From Podospora anserina (taxonomy: Eukaryota): 64,000 nt of DNA. The position numbers and the translations under genes are program-made. The stretch lies in the NCBI GenBank assembly GCA_017654855.1, contig JAFMPO010000001.1:434001-498000 (forward strand). The letters are read 5' to 3'. Shown here in pieces: positions 25,362 to 38,559 of the stretch (position 1 is the stretch's first letter; every line of letters starts with the position of its first letter). The notes beneath the pieces are model-generated. The model was not told the DNA's origin and ran no database searches. It was given only the letters and a program-made list of their open reading frames with translations.

Positions 25362-27392
25362 TCACTGGCCAGCAGGCTGGGTTTGCAAAAGAGGGCCTGG
25401 GCTGTTGGCCATCTGAGGTGTCCTGTAAGCCGTTGGACCTGGAGCAGGGCTGCTGTGGTTCGAGCCAAATCCTGTAGCTTGGCCTGGGCCATGAGCTTGT
25501 GTTTGGGCTTGAGCCTGTGCTTGCGCTCGAGCATACGCATTAAGTTGCCCGTTGGGGATCGCGCCAGGAGCAGCAGGATTGAAACCCGGCCTCATAGCTG
25601 GTGACGCTTGAGAACCTGGTTGCTCTCTTTTAGGGTCGACACCAGGAAAGAGTGCCTGAAGCTTAGCATAGAGTTGCTTGAGTCCCTCAATTCTCTGAAG
25701 GCGATCGGCGCTTGGATCCAGCGGTCGTTCTAGTACATCGTCTGGAGAAGCCGGGGGTAATTTAAGCTTCAGGGTCGTACTAAGTGGTGGGGCTGTCAAG
25801 AAAGGAGCCGGGAAAACGGCAGTAGCTGGGTTTCTTTGGATGGATGATTGATACTGGAAGTTTACTTGAAGCCTCTTCATGCAGCTGGGCAACAACAGGT
25901 TAGATCAACTCCTTGCGGTCTGTCCAAGGGTAACATACTGGTTGTAGTCTTCCTTCACCAACCGTTCCTGCTCAGCATAATCTACTCCAGCTTCCGGAGC
26001 CGATTGTGCTTCCTTCTTCAATTCGAGCTGGGCGTTGGACAGCTGCATGGATTCGTAGAGCAGTTCCGTATTGATGTCGAAAAGAATCTTGACCCGCTCT
26101 TTGTCCTGCGGGTCTCCACCGGGACTTTGAGGCGTTGACAACCTCGAAGTACCATTTACTTGTTGACCCTGTCCATTAGCGGGAAAGGTTGGCGTTTGAG
26201 GCGTCATGGCTGCTGAGCCAGACTGCTGCTGCTGCGGTTGACCTTGGGGTGGCTGCTGCTGCTGCTGTGCTTGGGACGGCTGCTGTTGCTGCTGCTGTTG
26301 TTGCTGTGGTGTTGGCGGCTGCTGGGGCTGTTGTAACTGCTGGGATGGTGGCTGTGGAGTTTGAGATTGAACTTGAGCCTGAGGCTGGACTTGGGTTTGG
26401 ACTTGTTGTTGTTGTTGCTGTGGTGGGAGAGGCTGGGATGGCTGACTCGATTGTTGAGATGGCGGTTGTCCCTGCTGTCCCTGTGGTGGATTCGTGGGCG
26501 TCTGACTCCGTGAGTTGCTCTGTATCTGCTGAGGAGTACCATATTGAGTTGGCTGGGAAGCCATTGAAGTAGCCGGTGTGTTTTGCGACGGGTTGAAAGG
26601 ACGCTGAGGAGTTGAGGTGGGCATCCCGCCTGCATTCGGGCGGTTTGGATGCATACGCTGCATCATAGGTTGCTGTTGTTGCTGTTGCTGTTGCTGTTGC
26701 TGAAGACCAGCATTCAGCTGATACTGGTTCATCGGCCCGCCCATCATAAAGTTGGCTGGAAGCTGCGGCTGAGGGGCCGCTGAAGAAGGTATTCCAGCCC
26801 CGTACGGCGAGGACGTAAAGGGGGCCTGGTAAGCCACTGTCGCGTTACTGGCGTCAGTCTCCGTGGTGACATGAAGAGTGAATGGTAGGTTGGCAGTGTA
26901 TGAGTGTGGGAGTGACACGGAATGGGCTTCGGATGTCGAGAGGCGTTGCGGCAACTGCCGAGCCATGGCTCTTAGGTCACCACGCGCGAAGGTCTCTGTC
27001 GGGTAGGACAAGGACGACAAGGAAACGGGCAGAGAAGGAAAGTTTGCCAGACTGACGGGTGGCTGGACGTCATACGTAGGAAAGGCATAAAAGGGGGGCT
27101 TACTCTGACCATTGGCACCAATGTGCGGCATGGCGGCATTCTGCATCATTCCTGCAGGACCAGCACCTCCCATCATGGCCGGGTTATTGTGACCTCCAGG
27201 AAACGGGCCGCCCTGACCTTGTTGTATGGGGAATTGTTGTTGCTGTTGTTGCTGCTGCTGCTGTTGCGCGTTATACATCATCTGCTGTTGCTGCTGCTGT
27301 TGTTGTTGTTGCTGCTGTCCCTGGTTTGGTGAAGGCTGCAATTGCGCGCCCTGCGGTGGGGCGCCGTTAAAGCCATACTGAGCTGAGTACAT
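25362..27392 (-). CDS. Glutamine-rich nuclear protein with SS18/SNH-like C-terminal domain, 3 exons
   Basis: Several polyQ tracts. ERVKILFDINTELLYE...CMKRLQVNFQY resembles the SS18 N-terminal homology domain. Introns 27103-26837 and about 25939-25886. Confidence 0.75.
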
Positions 27393-28908
27393 AACTTTCT
27401 ATCAGGCTGAGGAGACTCGAGCCAAGAAACAGGGCAAGGCGACAGAGGAGACTTCCCGAGGGGGGTACGCCAGGGGAAACGTGAGCGGACTGGGCGGCGG
27501 ATGGAACGGCGATAGACGTGTCGTGGACCAGATCAGTGGTTGCGGCTGCCGGTGTGGGGTAGGGCCATCAACATGAACTTCCAACTTTTGGTATCTTTCT
27601 CCGTTAACGACGGACTTGTGACAGCAAGTACCTGGGTCCCCAGTCCACCGAGATGTGTACGGCTGGGATGTGACGGCAGGTATGTCTCTAACGCAAAGCG
27701 CGGAGCCGACCGGGCAGCTCAGTCAGGATGAGATGGTATGTAATAACGAACGCGACCGAGAGCGGATGGGGATTGGGTGGGCAATCCGAGAGCTTCTCTG
27801 CGCGTCTGCCGCTGTGCCCCAACAATACCAAGAGGCAGCACCCAAGCAAAGACCAGCTGGCCAGTGGGGAGGCGCGGAATTGCTACGGGTAGACAGGCTA
27901 TCAAACGTCTGAACCGCCAGACAAAGATGCGATGGACAGGACCGATATGGGATTCCAGGTTGGTCTATGCCCACCTGTGTGTCGCGATCCTTTTTGGGAC
28001 GAGACTGATAGAGAGATCCCTCCTTAACCCCTGAGAGGTGGCACTGGGGGGGACAAGCAACCCGAGATAGGTAACGAGGGAAACCGGGGGATTGGGCAAC
28101 TGTAGGGCCGACGCCAGAAAAAGGGGGGGCGCTGCCCGAAGCACAAAGGTTAAAGTAAAAATAAGTTTATGTAGGGCAAATGGCTGCTAGGAATGGCTGT
28201 TCTTTGCGTATCGGTCGCGCTGGGTGGCAGGCGGGCGTCCTGTGGGCGACGGGTGTTCGGAGAGGGGGAAACCTGAAAGTTTTGCGTGTTGCGAAATCAC
28301 GGGACCCGAACCGCACACGGCAAGGGCCCCAAAAGTGTGGGTCCAGCCTTCAGACGACAGCCACGCTAATCCAGATTCGTCTCTTGTGCGACCCTAAATG
28401 TGGACACTTTCTGCATCCACCAAGACAGTCATCACCGAGAATGGCCCCACACTCCACCAGGACGGATGTACATAACTTGGACTTGAAGGTCGAGGTTGTG
28501 TGATCTGAGCTCGAAAGGCCGCAGATCTGGATGCTAAGAGTACTACTATCTTATGCTTGAGAATAACATATATGGATCATCTGGACGACCCTAATCGCCT
28601 CTCGAGTCTTGTCTTCGTAAGCAGGTGAATGCTGACCAAACAAGAGTTAGGTAGTTGATTTTGGCTTCATTTTAAACGTTCAAGTTGCATTACAAGCCAG
28701 CGAGGTAGGCATCGTGCCTGAGGGTGCTGGTACCCTGTAGCCTGCTGTTCATCGGTCTTGGTGGGTATATAGTGCCCTCTCACACCTCTCTCCTCATTGA
28801 ATTGATCGTTTACAATTGTCATGTTTGATGAACCATTCTCTCCTGATGAGGATCATTGGATATACAAGTATGCATTTGGTGCTCCTCTGCGTTTTGTCCT
28901 TTCGTCCT

Positions 28909-30010
28909 TTATTTCCTTCCATACCGGGTCCCGTACTTGGACTTTCCTGAAACAACATCAAGGAAGTGATCCGCAATGATTTCATCTATACAACAGAATT
29001 AGCACATGTATGACCCTCAAATGGTAGGGGCTCAGCTCACCTGTCTTGGTCGAAGGATGCAATTCATCGTACCACAAGAAACCAGACAGGCCACCGAGAG
29101 CTGTCTGGTCGACACAGTCACCCCCAGTCGACGAGCAATGGCGGTAATAGCCCGTTACGTTGTAGGGAGCGTCCAAGAAGCTCTGTGGTTGGTTGTAAAT
29201 GTCGACCAACAAGCTGTGAACATCGAAGAGGTCAAAAGTTGCCTTTGGCCAACGCGACTTGATGGCCACTTGAAATGGGACGCCGTAGTCAAAGATAGTG
29301 TTGACGTTTGTAGTGTATTGCTTGATCTTTTGGCCGTACTGTGTGACGTTGTAGTTCGTCTTGGTGTTCCAGAACTGGCTGTCTCCAGTCCCACCATTGT
29401 CCGGGTGTGCGTACAGCGGCGAGAGCTCAAGAGGGGCTTCATTCAGCAGAACGAACCGTCGGCCTCCCGTCTTGTAGATGGTATCAAAGACGGACCAGAT
29501 GCAGTCCACGAAGTCGGAAATCGTGGTCCCGGGAGCTTGGGAGTCAGAAAGGAAGGCATCGAAACCGAGGTCGTTGGTTCCGATCCACAGGGCATACACC
29601 GTATTCTCGGGTGTCCGGTTAGGGAAGATGGACTTGAACTTGACATCTGCTGTGAAAGATGGGATCTCATCTTCTAGCACTGAAGGGAATGACCGGCCGA
29701 TGAAAGCAAAATCACGCTCGACGATCTTGTTGGAACATGTCGCGCCGCTGACAGCATAGTCGATGAGCCTGGCACCAGCATCCTGGGCCGCAAACTGAGC
29801 CCATGTGAGACCACCGCTAGCCGTCGTGTTTGACACCGAGTGATACTGGCCCGGGGGAGGTGCTTGCCCGCCATTGTTGATGTAGTAGCCTAGACGGCCG
29901 TTGTCGGTATAACTGTCGCCAAAGGCGACCAGATTATCGAAGGACTTGCGGCCACGGCTGGCGGCCGCAATAGAGACAGAGGCGCCGGCGAGAATGATAG
30001 AAAACCGCAT
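28909..30010 (-). CDS. Secreted GDSL/SGNH hydrolase (acetylesterase-like, CE16-like), 2 exons
   Basis: Signal peptide MRFSIILAGASVSIAAA, block I AFGDSYTD, YAVSGATC, WIGTND and WYDELHPS. The short last exon encodes DEIIADHFLDVVSGKSKYGTRYGRK. Confidence 0.9.
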
Positions 30011-31077
30011 GGCTAGCCGTGGGATGACGTGTGCGCGAGAAGACAAAACAGTAACGCCAATAGAAACATCGACAACGGGGCCATGACAAGCATTTTATGT
30101 GCCCAGCAACCCTTCGCTGGGCAATCTATCGTCCCATTCACCCGGTACAGGGAATACTATTCCGCTGCAGGCTATATTGCTGTCCCACCTACGCGAGGAG
30201 ACGGGGGTGACATCGGCTCGGGATGGGAGGTCCGGGAATGGCGGCCGGGCGACTAGTCCGGACCACCCGCATCGTGATGAGCAAGGGAAACGAGGATTCA
30301 ACACCATTTCTCAGAAGTTCAAAGCGACAAGACCCGAGAATTTGTCAGCTAGCCTATGGGAATGCTGAGTCGGCACGGTGTTGGCCTGGTAACATGACAC
30401 AACTTGCAAGTTGTGACGGGTGAGCTCAGTCTTGGGACTCGATTGAACTGAGGTGGGCGCACAGCAGGAGGGCGAAAAATGTGAAGTGAATTTTTGTTGG
30501 CGCTAGCATCTGAAGCAGTTCTAACAAAGCATAGAAGGCTGGGGTGATGCGTAGAGAATGGGTATGCTGATGGGAAGGCTCTGGGCGGGGGACAAGATCC
30601 CCGACTGCTGCTCATCATGAATTGGCCAATCATTGTCAAGGATTGCACCGGCTGAATGGTAACAACCGAAGACCTGATCAAATATTCATGTGTCGTCTGG
30701 CACTGTTATGGAGAGGAAAATCTGACAACTGGATCGGCAGACTTGCAAGAGTTGTAATCCATTTAATAATGTTTGATTGCAGTAATTCACTTGTTCTCGC
30801 TTTCTGGTATTTGGATGTGAGCGAGACTCATAATTGTGTGAGGGTTGGGGCTAGGGTTAGTTAGGGTGGGAAGAATCAAGGCTGGTGAAGCGATCATCAA
30901 ATTGTTGTTGGAAATGTGACGAAATCAATGATGATCAGGAGATCGATTTATTTCACTCTGGCTCCTATTTCTGTTCCAAAACAGTTGCGTCGTCGTCAGC
31001 TTCAAAAATCACCTCTGTTGGGATGGTTTGTTTGGAGGGCCCGCCTTCCGGAACCGGGGCTGCAAGATATTTCGCCC

Positions 31078-31145
31078 TGACTCCTTGCCGTTAATGACTC
31101 CTCAACCTCACTTGAGCGCAACTCACTCGGAACGCACTATATAAG
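31078..31145 (+). promoter_or_regulatory. Two TGACTC (Gcn4/CPC-1-type) sites plus TATA box upstream of HIS5
   Basis: TGACTC at 31078-31083 and 31095-31100, and TATATAAG at 31138-31145, upstream of an amino-acid biosynthesis gene. Confidence 0.6.
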
Positions 31146-31202
31146 GACATTTGAAGATCAAAACTGTATTTACCTCATCATATTTGGTGATCAACACTCA
31201 AA

Positions 31203-32533
31203 ATGTCGCCCTTCAACTTGGAAACTTGCGCTAGACCAAACATTTTGGCCCTCGAACCTTATCGCTGCGCACGAGAGTGAGATTCACCCCTTGGACTCAT
31301 GAGCGCACTATCACTGACACCCAAAACAACAGCGACTACAAAGATGACGGCACCAACGTCCTTCTCGATGCCAACGAGAACGCCTATGGCCCCCCTCTCC
31401 CTCCGTCCATCACAGGCCTTATTCAGCCCCAATCCGGCCTCGGTCCTGTAATCGACCTCCCCGGCCTCAACCGCTACCCAGACCCTCACCAAGTCCCCCT
31501 CAAGCAGCTCCTCTGCAACCTCCGCCAAACCCACGTCCACACCCAAAAGAAGCTCTCGCCAGCCAACCTCTTCGTCGGCGTCGGCTCTGATGAAGCCATC
31601 GACGCCCTCATCCGCGCCTTCTGCCGCCCAGGTCAGGACAAGATTCTTGTCTGCCCGCCAACCTACGGGATGTACTCCGTCTCGGCCCAAGTAAACGACG
31701 TCTCCCTCGTCAAAATCCCCCTCCTCCCGGGTCCCGACTTCCAACTCGACGTCCCCTCCATCCTCTCCGCCCTCTCCTCCCCCGATGCAAGCACCATCAA
31801 GCTAGCCTACTTCTGCTCCCCGGGTAACCCAACCGGCTCCCTCCTCTCCAAATCCTCCATCGGGTCGATCCTCGCCCACCCAACCTGGAACGGCGTCGTG
31901 GTCGTCGACGAGGCCTACATCGACTTCGCGCCCGACTCGGCCTCCCTCGCCGAATGGGTCGTCGAGTTCCCCAACCTCGTCGTGATGCAGACCCTCTCCA
32001 AGGCGTTCGGGCTGGCGGGTATCCGTCTCGGTGCTGCCTTCACCTCCCCTGAAATTGCCAGGCTTCTCAACGCGCTCAAGGCTCCCTACAACGTCAACAA
32101 CATCACCTCCGCGATCGCAGAGTACGCCCTCTCCCCCGCCGGCCTGGAGGTCATGAGGGCGAACAAGGCTGCTCTGCTGGAGCAGAGGGACAGGTTGCTG
32201 AGGGAGATGCCCACGATCCCCGGGGTGGGCAAGCTCATGGGCGGGACCAAGAGCAACTTTTTGCTGTACGAGATGCTCAACAAGGACGGGCAGCCGGACA
32301 ATGCTGTTGCGCTGGCTGTGTACGAGGGTCTGGCGGAGACCAAGGGCGTGGTTGTCAGATTCAGGGGCAAGGAGCACGGGTGCTTGGGCTGCCTGAGGAT
32401 CACGGTTGGCACCGAGGACGAGGTGACGAGGTTCTTGGAAGCCATCAAGAAGCAGCTTGAGCAGGTCCGGGGGGTGGATGCGCGAAGCGATGAAGAGGAG
32501 AAGGAGAAGGCTGCCAGTGCCGTTGTCGCGTAG
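31203..32533 (+). CDS. HIS5: Histidinol-phosphate aminotransferase, 2 exons
   Basis: LEPYRCARDDY, LDANENAYG, NRYPDP, GVGSDEAID, CSPGNPTG, VDEAYIDF and the PLP lysine in TLSKAFGLAGIRLG. Intron 31277-31332. Confidence 0.96.
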
Positions 32534-32778
32534 GGTTGGACTACTTGAATGTTCCAAACTCGGATTGAACGTCACTGGAAAAAAACACACAAAATGAATC
32601 ACCAGAGACCATCTAGTTTTATGTATCTGCATGTCTGTATGCTTTTCCCCTGCCTAATGCAACAGATTCCAAGATTTCCTCCAGGCCACATGTTTAATGT
32701 GGCCTGCAATGCTCAAAAGGTGAAATGTAAATACAACCAAGAAAGTAAGACACGCCATCACCCAACCACCCCAAAAGT

Positions 32779-34211
32779 CTACCACCACCCCTTCACGGGA
32801 ACAGTCCTCCTTCTCAACGCACCCGAGGTTTGCGTCCCGGCCTTGGTCTGGGAGCCCGCCGCTGAGTCCGATTCAGATGTCGGTGTTGGTGCTGGACCTG
32901 AAGCCGTCTCAGAGTCACCCTTTACGGCATTCTGATCAGCAAACGCCCTCACAGTCTTGATTTCGCCCCCCTTCAACGGTGCTTCCGCGTCCAAAGCCAA
33001 CAAGCCCTGAATCGTCTCCAGCGCGGACATCTCCTGGCCCAAGCCCGGGTTTCCATCAAAGGCACCGGTATACCACTTGTGGCTGCACTGGGTCCCGCTC
33101 GCACCGCCTGTGCAAGTCTTCGCAGCCGCCTCGACCGAAGTATGCCACAACTCTTCGATCGCCGGCTTGATACTCGGAACATACCTCGCGGCCGCATAGA
33201 CAAATCTCGAAAAGTACGCCTTGAAGCTCCTCATGTCCTGGTTGCACTTGTCCACCTGCTCGCACGCGTGCTCGTACATGATGTTGGTGGCGTTCTCAAA
33301 CGGGCTGAAAAAGCTCCTGCTCGCCTCCACCATCCTCTCCGTCCTCTCGGTCCACTTCTTGTCCTGGGTGACGTCGGCCATGACGGCAGCTCCGTAAATG
33401 TAGATGCTGGCAGAGTAAGAGAACGTGACCGGGTTGGTGTCCTTGCAGTCCTTGCTCGCATGGGCGCCGTCGTAGACGTTTCCAAACTTGTCAATCATGC
33501 CGATGGCTTCCGTCCAGTCCCAAACCTTTTCCGCCCAGTCACTGTACGTCTTGTTCCCGGTGGCGCGGGCCAGTCTGGCCGCAATCTGGAAGAAGCCGCC
33601 GTTGCTGACGGTGTTTTTGTAGTCGAGTCCGTTCGGGTTTGAGGCAAAGATCTGCCACAAAAGCCCACCCTGGCAAGCAGTGGTATTCCACCTGCCAGCC
33701 AGCGAGTCGAAAATGTTGGCACCCATATCCAACCACCCGGGAACATTCGGGTCTGGCTGGGGAAAGTTCCTCTCCGCGGCGGCCATGACAGACATTCCCC
33801 AGAATGCTTGATCGTCATTACCTTCTTGGCCGAAGTGAGTGGGGAGCATGTAGTCAAAGTCGGGGCCAACCTGATCCAAGAGTCCCCTTGCGATCAGCTT
33901 GTCGTAACTGTGGTCGCCCGTATAGTGAGAGTAGTCGAGCATGCTGCCCATCAGGGCACCGGCTTGCCACCAGTAGTAAGGCTGAGGAAGGTCAACAAAT
34001 TTCTCAGGGGTGCCCGAGTAGTAAGACATGGCGTTGGCGGCGACGGTTTTGGCAACGCCCTTGATGGAGACTTTCGAGAAGTTAGCACTCCCGTCAGGGC
34101 AACGATCATGCAATACGTACGTGAATCAGAGATGTTGAGCTCTTTCGGCGCAACGGCAGATATGATCACTGCCGGGACCGCTACGGGTCTCACATACTTG
34201 ACAAACCTCAT
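32779..34211 (-). CDS. GH76 alpha-1,6-mannanase (Dfg5/Dcw1 family), 2 exons
   Basis: PYYWWQAG, catalytic GNDDQAFW, GGLLWQI, YKNTVSNG and GLGQEMSALE. One short intron near the 5' end. Confidence 0.93.
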
Positions 34212-36040
34212 GGTGAGTTTGTTGCTGGAGCCTTGTGGTGTTCTTTGAGTAGTTGCGTCTGTCCGAGGACCAGCGGATGATATCGAAAGGAAAGTGGCCG
34301 CACAGCAGATAAAAGCAAAAACCGAAGGCGAGCAAACTCGGCGAAAAGGTAACGTCTTGTTGCTATCGTCTGTGTTGAGAGTGGCGCGGTTGACGATTCA
34401 GCAAAGCACCGTGACAGCGGCAACAGCAAAGTACTCTCGAACGATTCTGTGTGTTTCCCCGGATGACCGAAATTCGTGGACTATTGTACGAAAGTGGTAC
34501 AATAGAAAGTGAACAGAAAATGAATGGAGCAATAGCCTCGCGTTGCGGGCAATTGAAGTGAAAAGAACAATACCAAACGAAGGTTGGTGATCAACACCCA
34601 CACACACTCGGTCGTCAGCAAGCTGTAGACAATATGAAAGGACAAGCTTGGGCTTGGAGAACAGGTGAAAAGGTCCAAACGGCCGGGACCTGTCAACTTT
34701 TAAAAAGAAGATCGGATGCAACAAACCATCTCACCGTTCAAGGTTGCATCCCTGCTGCAAGAAGAAGGAGTGACCCATCACCACGGCCGATCTCCTTCTT
34801 GCGGCGCCGAGCACGGCTTTGGGGGAGGTGTTGTCGTCTCCTGCGAGCCAATAGGGCATCTTGAACCCTGTCTCCCTGTCAATGGCAACCCCCACTGCGG
34901 GTAAGCCTTGCACCCCCTAGAATTATTTTAGCATGTTTCGTTTGCTTCGTGCACCGACTGGTGATTCCAAGACTGTGCACATGGAAGCTTGACCAGGTGC
35001 CGAGGTTTTGAAGGGTCCAGTATGTCTTTCAGAAGCGCGCGCGTTTGTGCGCTTGCTAGGCGAGAGGGCGGCAAGACCCAGGCACAGAGAAGGCTTGTCT
35101 AGGTGATTTCAAATATCAGTTTACGAGAGGGGTTTGCCTGTGGGTAAGTTATGCAAAGGGCACAGCAGAAAATGCTGCCTTCGAGAACCTTGATGCCCAG
35201 GGCACCTCAGCTGTGTTTGTGTGTTCCATTAACAATTATGTGGCAAGTGAAAGTTTGGCACTATCACCTAAAGGTGTACCAGTGTTACGGGCGTCCCCTT
35301 TCACCCTCTCATTGTCAGGAAAGTAGCTGATGGTCGGGAAACACAGGTGAATTGTCTGCCATGGTGGTGTTGAAGATGTTGAACCTGAAGTCGGAGCATT
35401 TTGATGCCAAGCTTACGATGCTCCTGCGGGGCAGCGGGTGATCAGGGGCTTTCAGTTGGACAGGCCGTTGATTGGCTGCCAGCTAACGCCACGTTTCTTA
35501 GGCTGGCGTTTCTCCAAATTCTGAAACACCACCTCCAGTGAAATCCGAACGGCTGGCCAACAGATCAGCGGCGCACGCTGTGGACAAAATAACTGACACT
35601 CCAAAAGTCCTGAACCATACCTCGAAAGTTAAAAGCTATCAGTGTTGATAGTATATTACACGTGCAACCAACTTGCAGTTCCAACCACCCTGTCCACGAC
35701 GTGCCGCGCGACTGGGCGAGTCCTCTCTGAAGCTGACAGGTGCTGCCAAGTGGGTCATTCTCGCCTTGCATCTCCAGCTGAAGAGAGGTTGTTGAGATGG
35801 CTCAGGGTAAATAGAAAGACAGCTCTGTATCGAAGTAGGCGCATAAAAACCCGGAATATTTCCCGTCCCTATATGTTTCTGTACAACCTCGGAACTACAT
35901 GCGACTCGAAAAAAGGGGTATCCGTACTTCTTTGAACCAAAAGTGAAATCGGGAAACAAAAACACCGTGCCGTGTATCTCCACCGGCCCCGATCCATAAC
36001 CGGAGCACATAAAACCATCAAACGCCGTTTCCGCGCCCCT

Positions 36041-36811
36041 TTACATGAATGTCAGAACAAACAAAATAACAGCCCCAGATGAGACGCCCGACAACCAGCT
36101 AGCTCTCACCGGGTCCAGGCTAAAACCGGCGCCCTTGACAGGCGAGTTCGTCAACGATGCTGCTGGTGTCCCGTCAATGTCAATCGTGTTGGGTAACGGA
36201 CCCGGTGTTGTCAAAGTCAACGCGCCCCATGTTACCTCGGGCGTTGTGAAAGTCTCCGTCCACACAGTCTGCGTCGGCCCCGTGATGGTGCCCTCCCAAT
36301 GGTTGGCCCCGAAGGATGACGATCCTGTGCAGGTTGCGGCCGTTGTGCCGTCCAAGTTGCATTCAAGTTCGGCCGTTCTGTCACTCAGTTAGCCACTTTG
36401 ATCTTTCGGATTCAGAAAACCATGGCTCGCAAACGGACAGTGTCCCAGGGGCCACGCCACCGTATTTCAAAGTCCCTGGCCCTTCCGTGAAGACAAAGGG
36501 AAGGTCGCCAGCAATCTGACAACTTGGCGCCTTCTCAGCACAAAAGACCGTGTAGGTTGTTGCGGATTGGTCCTGAACAGTCGATTAATCAAAATGCTCC
36601 ATCTCAACCTGGATTTCTCAATCAAAATACGTACACTGCCAATGATGCTGCCGCGAAGAGCAGCCCAGTGAGCCTCCCCGTAGCCGGGTATGTAAACCGA
36701 TACGGTGGATTGGCCGTGTGCACCAGTGATTGCTCGCGCTATCACAACCGTGGTGCAGATCCAGCAAGAGACTCGTCCTCCCCGGCGCCGTTCCTCTCGC
36801 CGAAATCTCAT
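36041..36811 (-). CDS. Secreted, probably GPI-anchored small cell-surface protein, 3 exons
   Basis: VSVYIPGY...GSIIGS|...ATTYTVFC...C...FTEGP...C...C, then a Thr-rich region and a hydrophobic C-terminus (GAVILFVLTFM). Confidence 0.72.
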
Positions 36812-37881
36812 GATGTTTTGGAGGTGTGGCAGAGCGGTTACGCTTTCGATTTGGCAGCCATCGCAGCAACAGGGATATTCACAGAGAGAAATGGATTTTT
36901 TGGAAGGAAGAGAAGAGATGGGATTGTCACAACTCGATCTAGAACGGCAGGACAGTCATGCCCAGACCTGCGCTGTTTTGTCCGGACGATGGGAATTGCG
37001 TTCTTGGCGTTGGCGGCGCTCTTGGCGAGGGGGGGCTTCGCCAAGACATGCCTCTGAGTTTTTCGTGTCGTCCAGATATAGTCGCCAAGCCGCACATCAC
37101 GATGCTGCTCTTCGGGCGGTGACTTGCTTCTGTTTAAGACGAGCGCATCTGCATTGAAGTCGTGTATCTGTCGTGAACACCACAGGGTTCTGCAAAATCC
37201 ATGGCTTGCTGTAAGTGCGCGAACAGGTGGGTTCCAATGGGCGTTTGGCAGGGGTTACGACAACAGTCGGCTTCAGGCTACGGTAGCTCCGACACCGATC
37301 TGAATCCTAACAACATCAAACGATCACCCGATCATTTTTCCCATGTACCTTTTGGTTCTGGCACTTGTCGATCTGATATACCTCAGGGCAAAGCTGTAAA
37401 CAAGGGTTGATTTTCTTGCCGTCGATCATCACCGCCAAAGCAACTTTGCTGCTGTTTAAAACACGGGATGCGCTGTCAATCAGTTCCCGTACCACATCCA
37501 GAGGCGGGATCGCTTGCTTTTTGCTTTGCTACCTCCTTCTCTTCTGGGACTCCCAACCGCAATTTCTGTAGACCCGATTTGTGGCTCGTCGTCACCAGCC
37601 ATGTTTGAGGGTAGGCATGAAGTCATACAGGGATCATGTGTTGCTGACTGATGGCTTTCCCATTGAGCGGTTTGCCCGAAATCCGAACGATTTAGTACAA
37701 GTAATTTCAGCTTCAGGGAGGGACGCGTTTGGCAGGAATGATACCGAATACGGAGCAAGCTGTCTAAAAGATGTGGATATACGGTCTTAGTATCGTATTT
37801 CTATAGTCCTTCTTCCATCTTTGGTTTTTACGCGTCTTCTTGCTTTGTTTCGCCTGCATCTACTGAATTGAAGTCGTCACC

Positions 37882-38559
37882 ATGGTTCGCGTTACTACTG
37901 CCTTGCTGGCCTCCGCCGGTCTCAGCACCATGGCCTCGGCTCAGGATGTCGGAGCGGCTACCACCTCAGTCACCTCTCTCTTCCTTCCCGGCTTCGACAC
38001 GCAGACCATCTGGGCTTCTGTCATCACTGCCCAGCCCGCGGCGGCAACCTACTCACTCGCATGCCCTCCCGATGCCGATTCCAACGACTGTGGCCTTGGC
38101 ACAGGCTTGACTATTGTCCAGGGGGAAAGCACCTTCTCTATTGACATGCGCGGAGAGTCTGTGTAAGTTCTGTTATGACCCTTCACCCCCTATACCGAAC
38201 CTTTGCTTACATCGACTAGCACACAACAATACGGTTGCAATCTCGTGGGCAAAGAAGCCAAGTGCTCTGGCTCCATCATCAGCCCTGGCGGGACTGCTCT
38301 GTTCCAGCACGTTGCAGGTGACTACCAGAAGGAAATCCAAGCCGTAACAATCACGGCCGGCTTGGAGAAGTTGGATGTTGAGGCTGCCACTACCAGTGCC
38401 TCCGGCACTGGCGCTGTTGAGACAGGCACACAGACCACAACCCAGACAGAGGACGCTGCCGGCTCTACGAGCAGCAGCACAGCTGGTGTCCCCCAGATTA
38501 CCCAGAATGCCATCATGATGGGTGCTGCTCTTGTCGGTGCCGGCGCGATGCTTCTCTAG
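37882..38559 (+). CDS. Secreted GPI-anchored Ser/Thr-rich cell-surface protein, 2 exons
   Basis: Signal peptide, SLFLPGFD...ASVITA...ATYSLACP...DCG...VQG, intron at about 38163-38219, Thr-rich stalk and GPI-like tail AIMMGAALVGAGAMLL. Confidence 0.82.
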
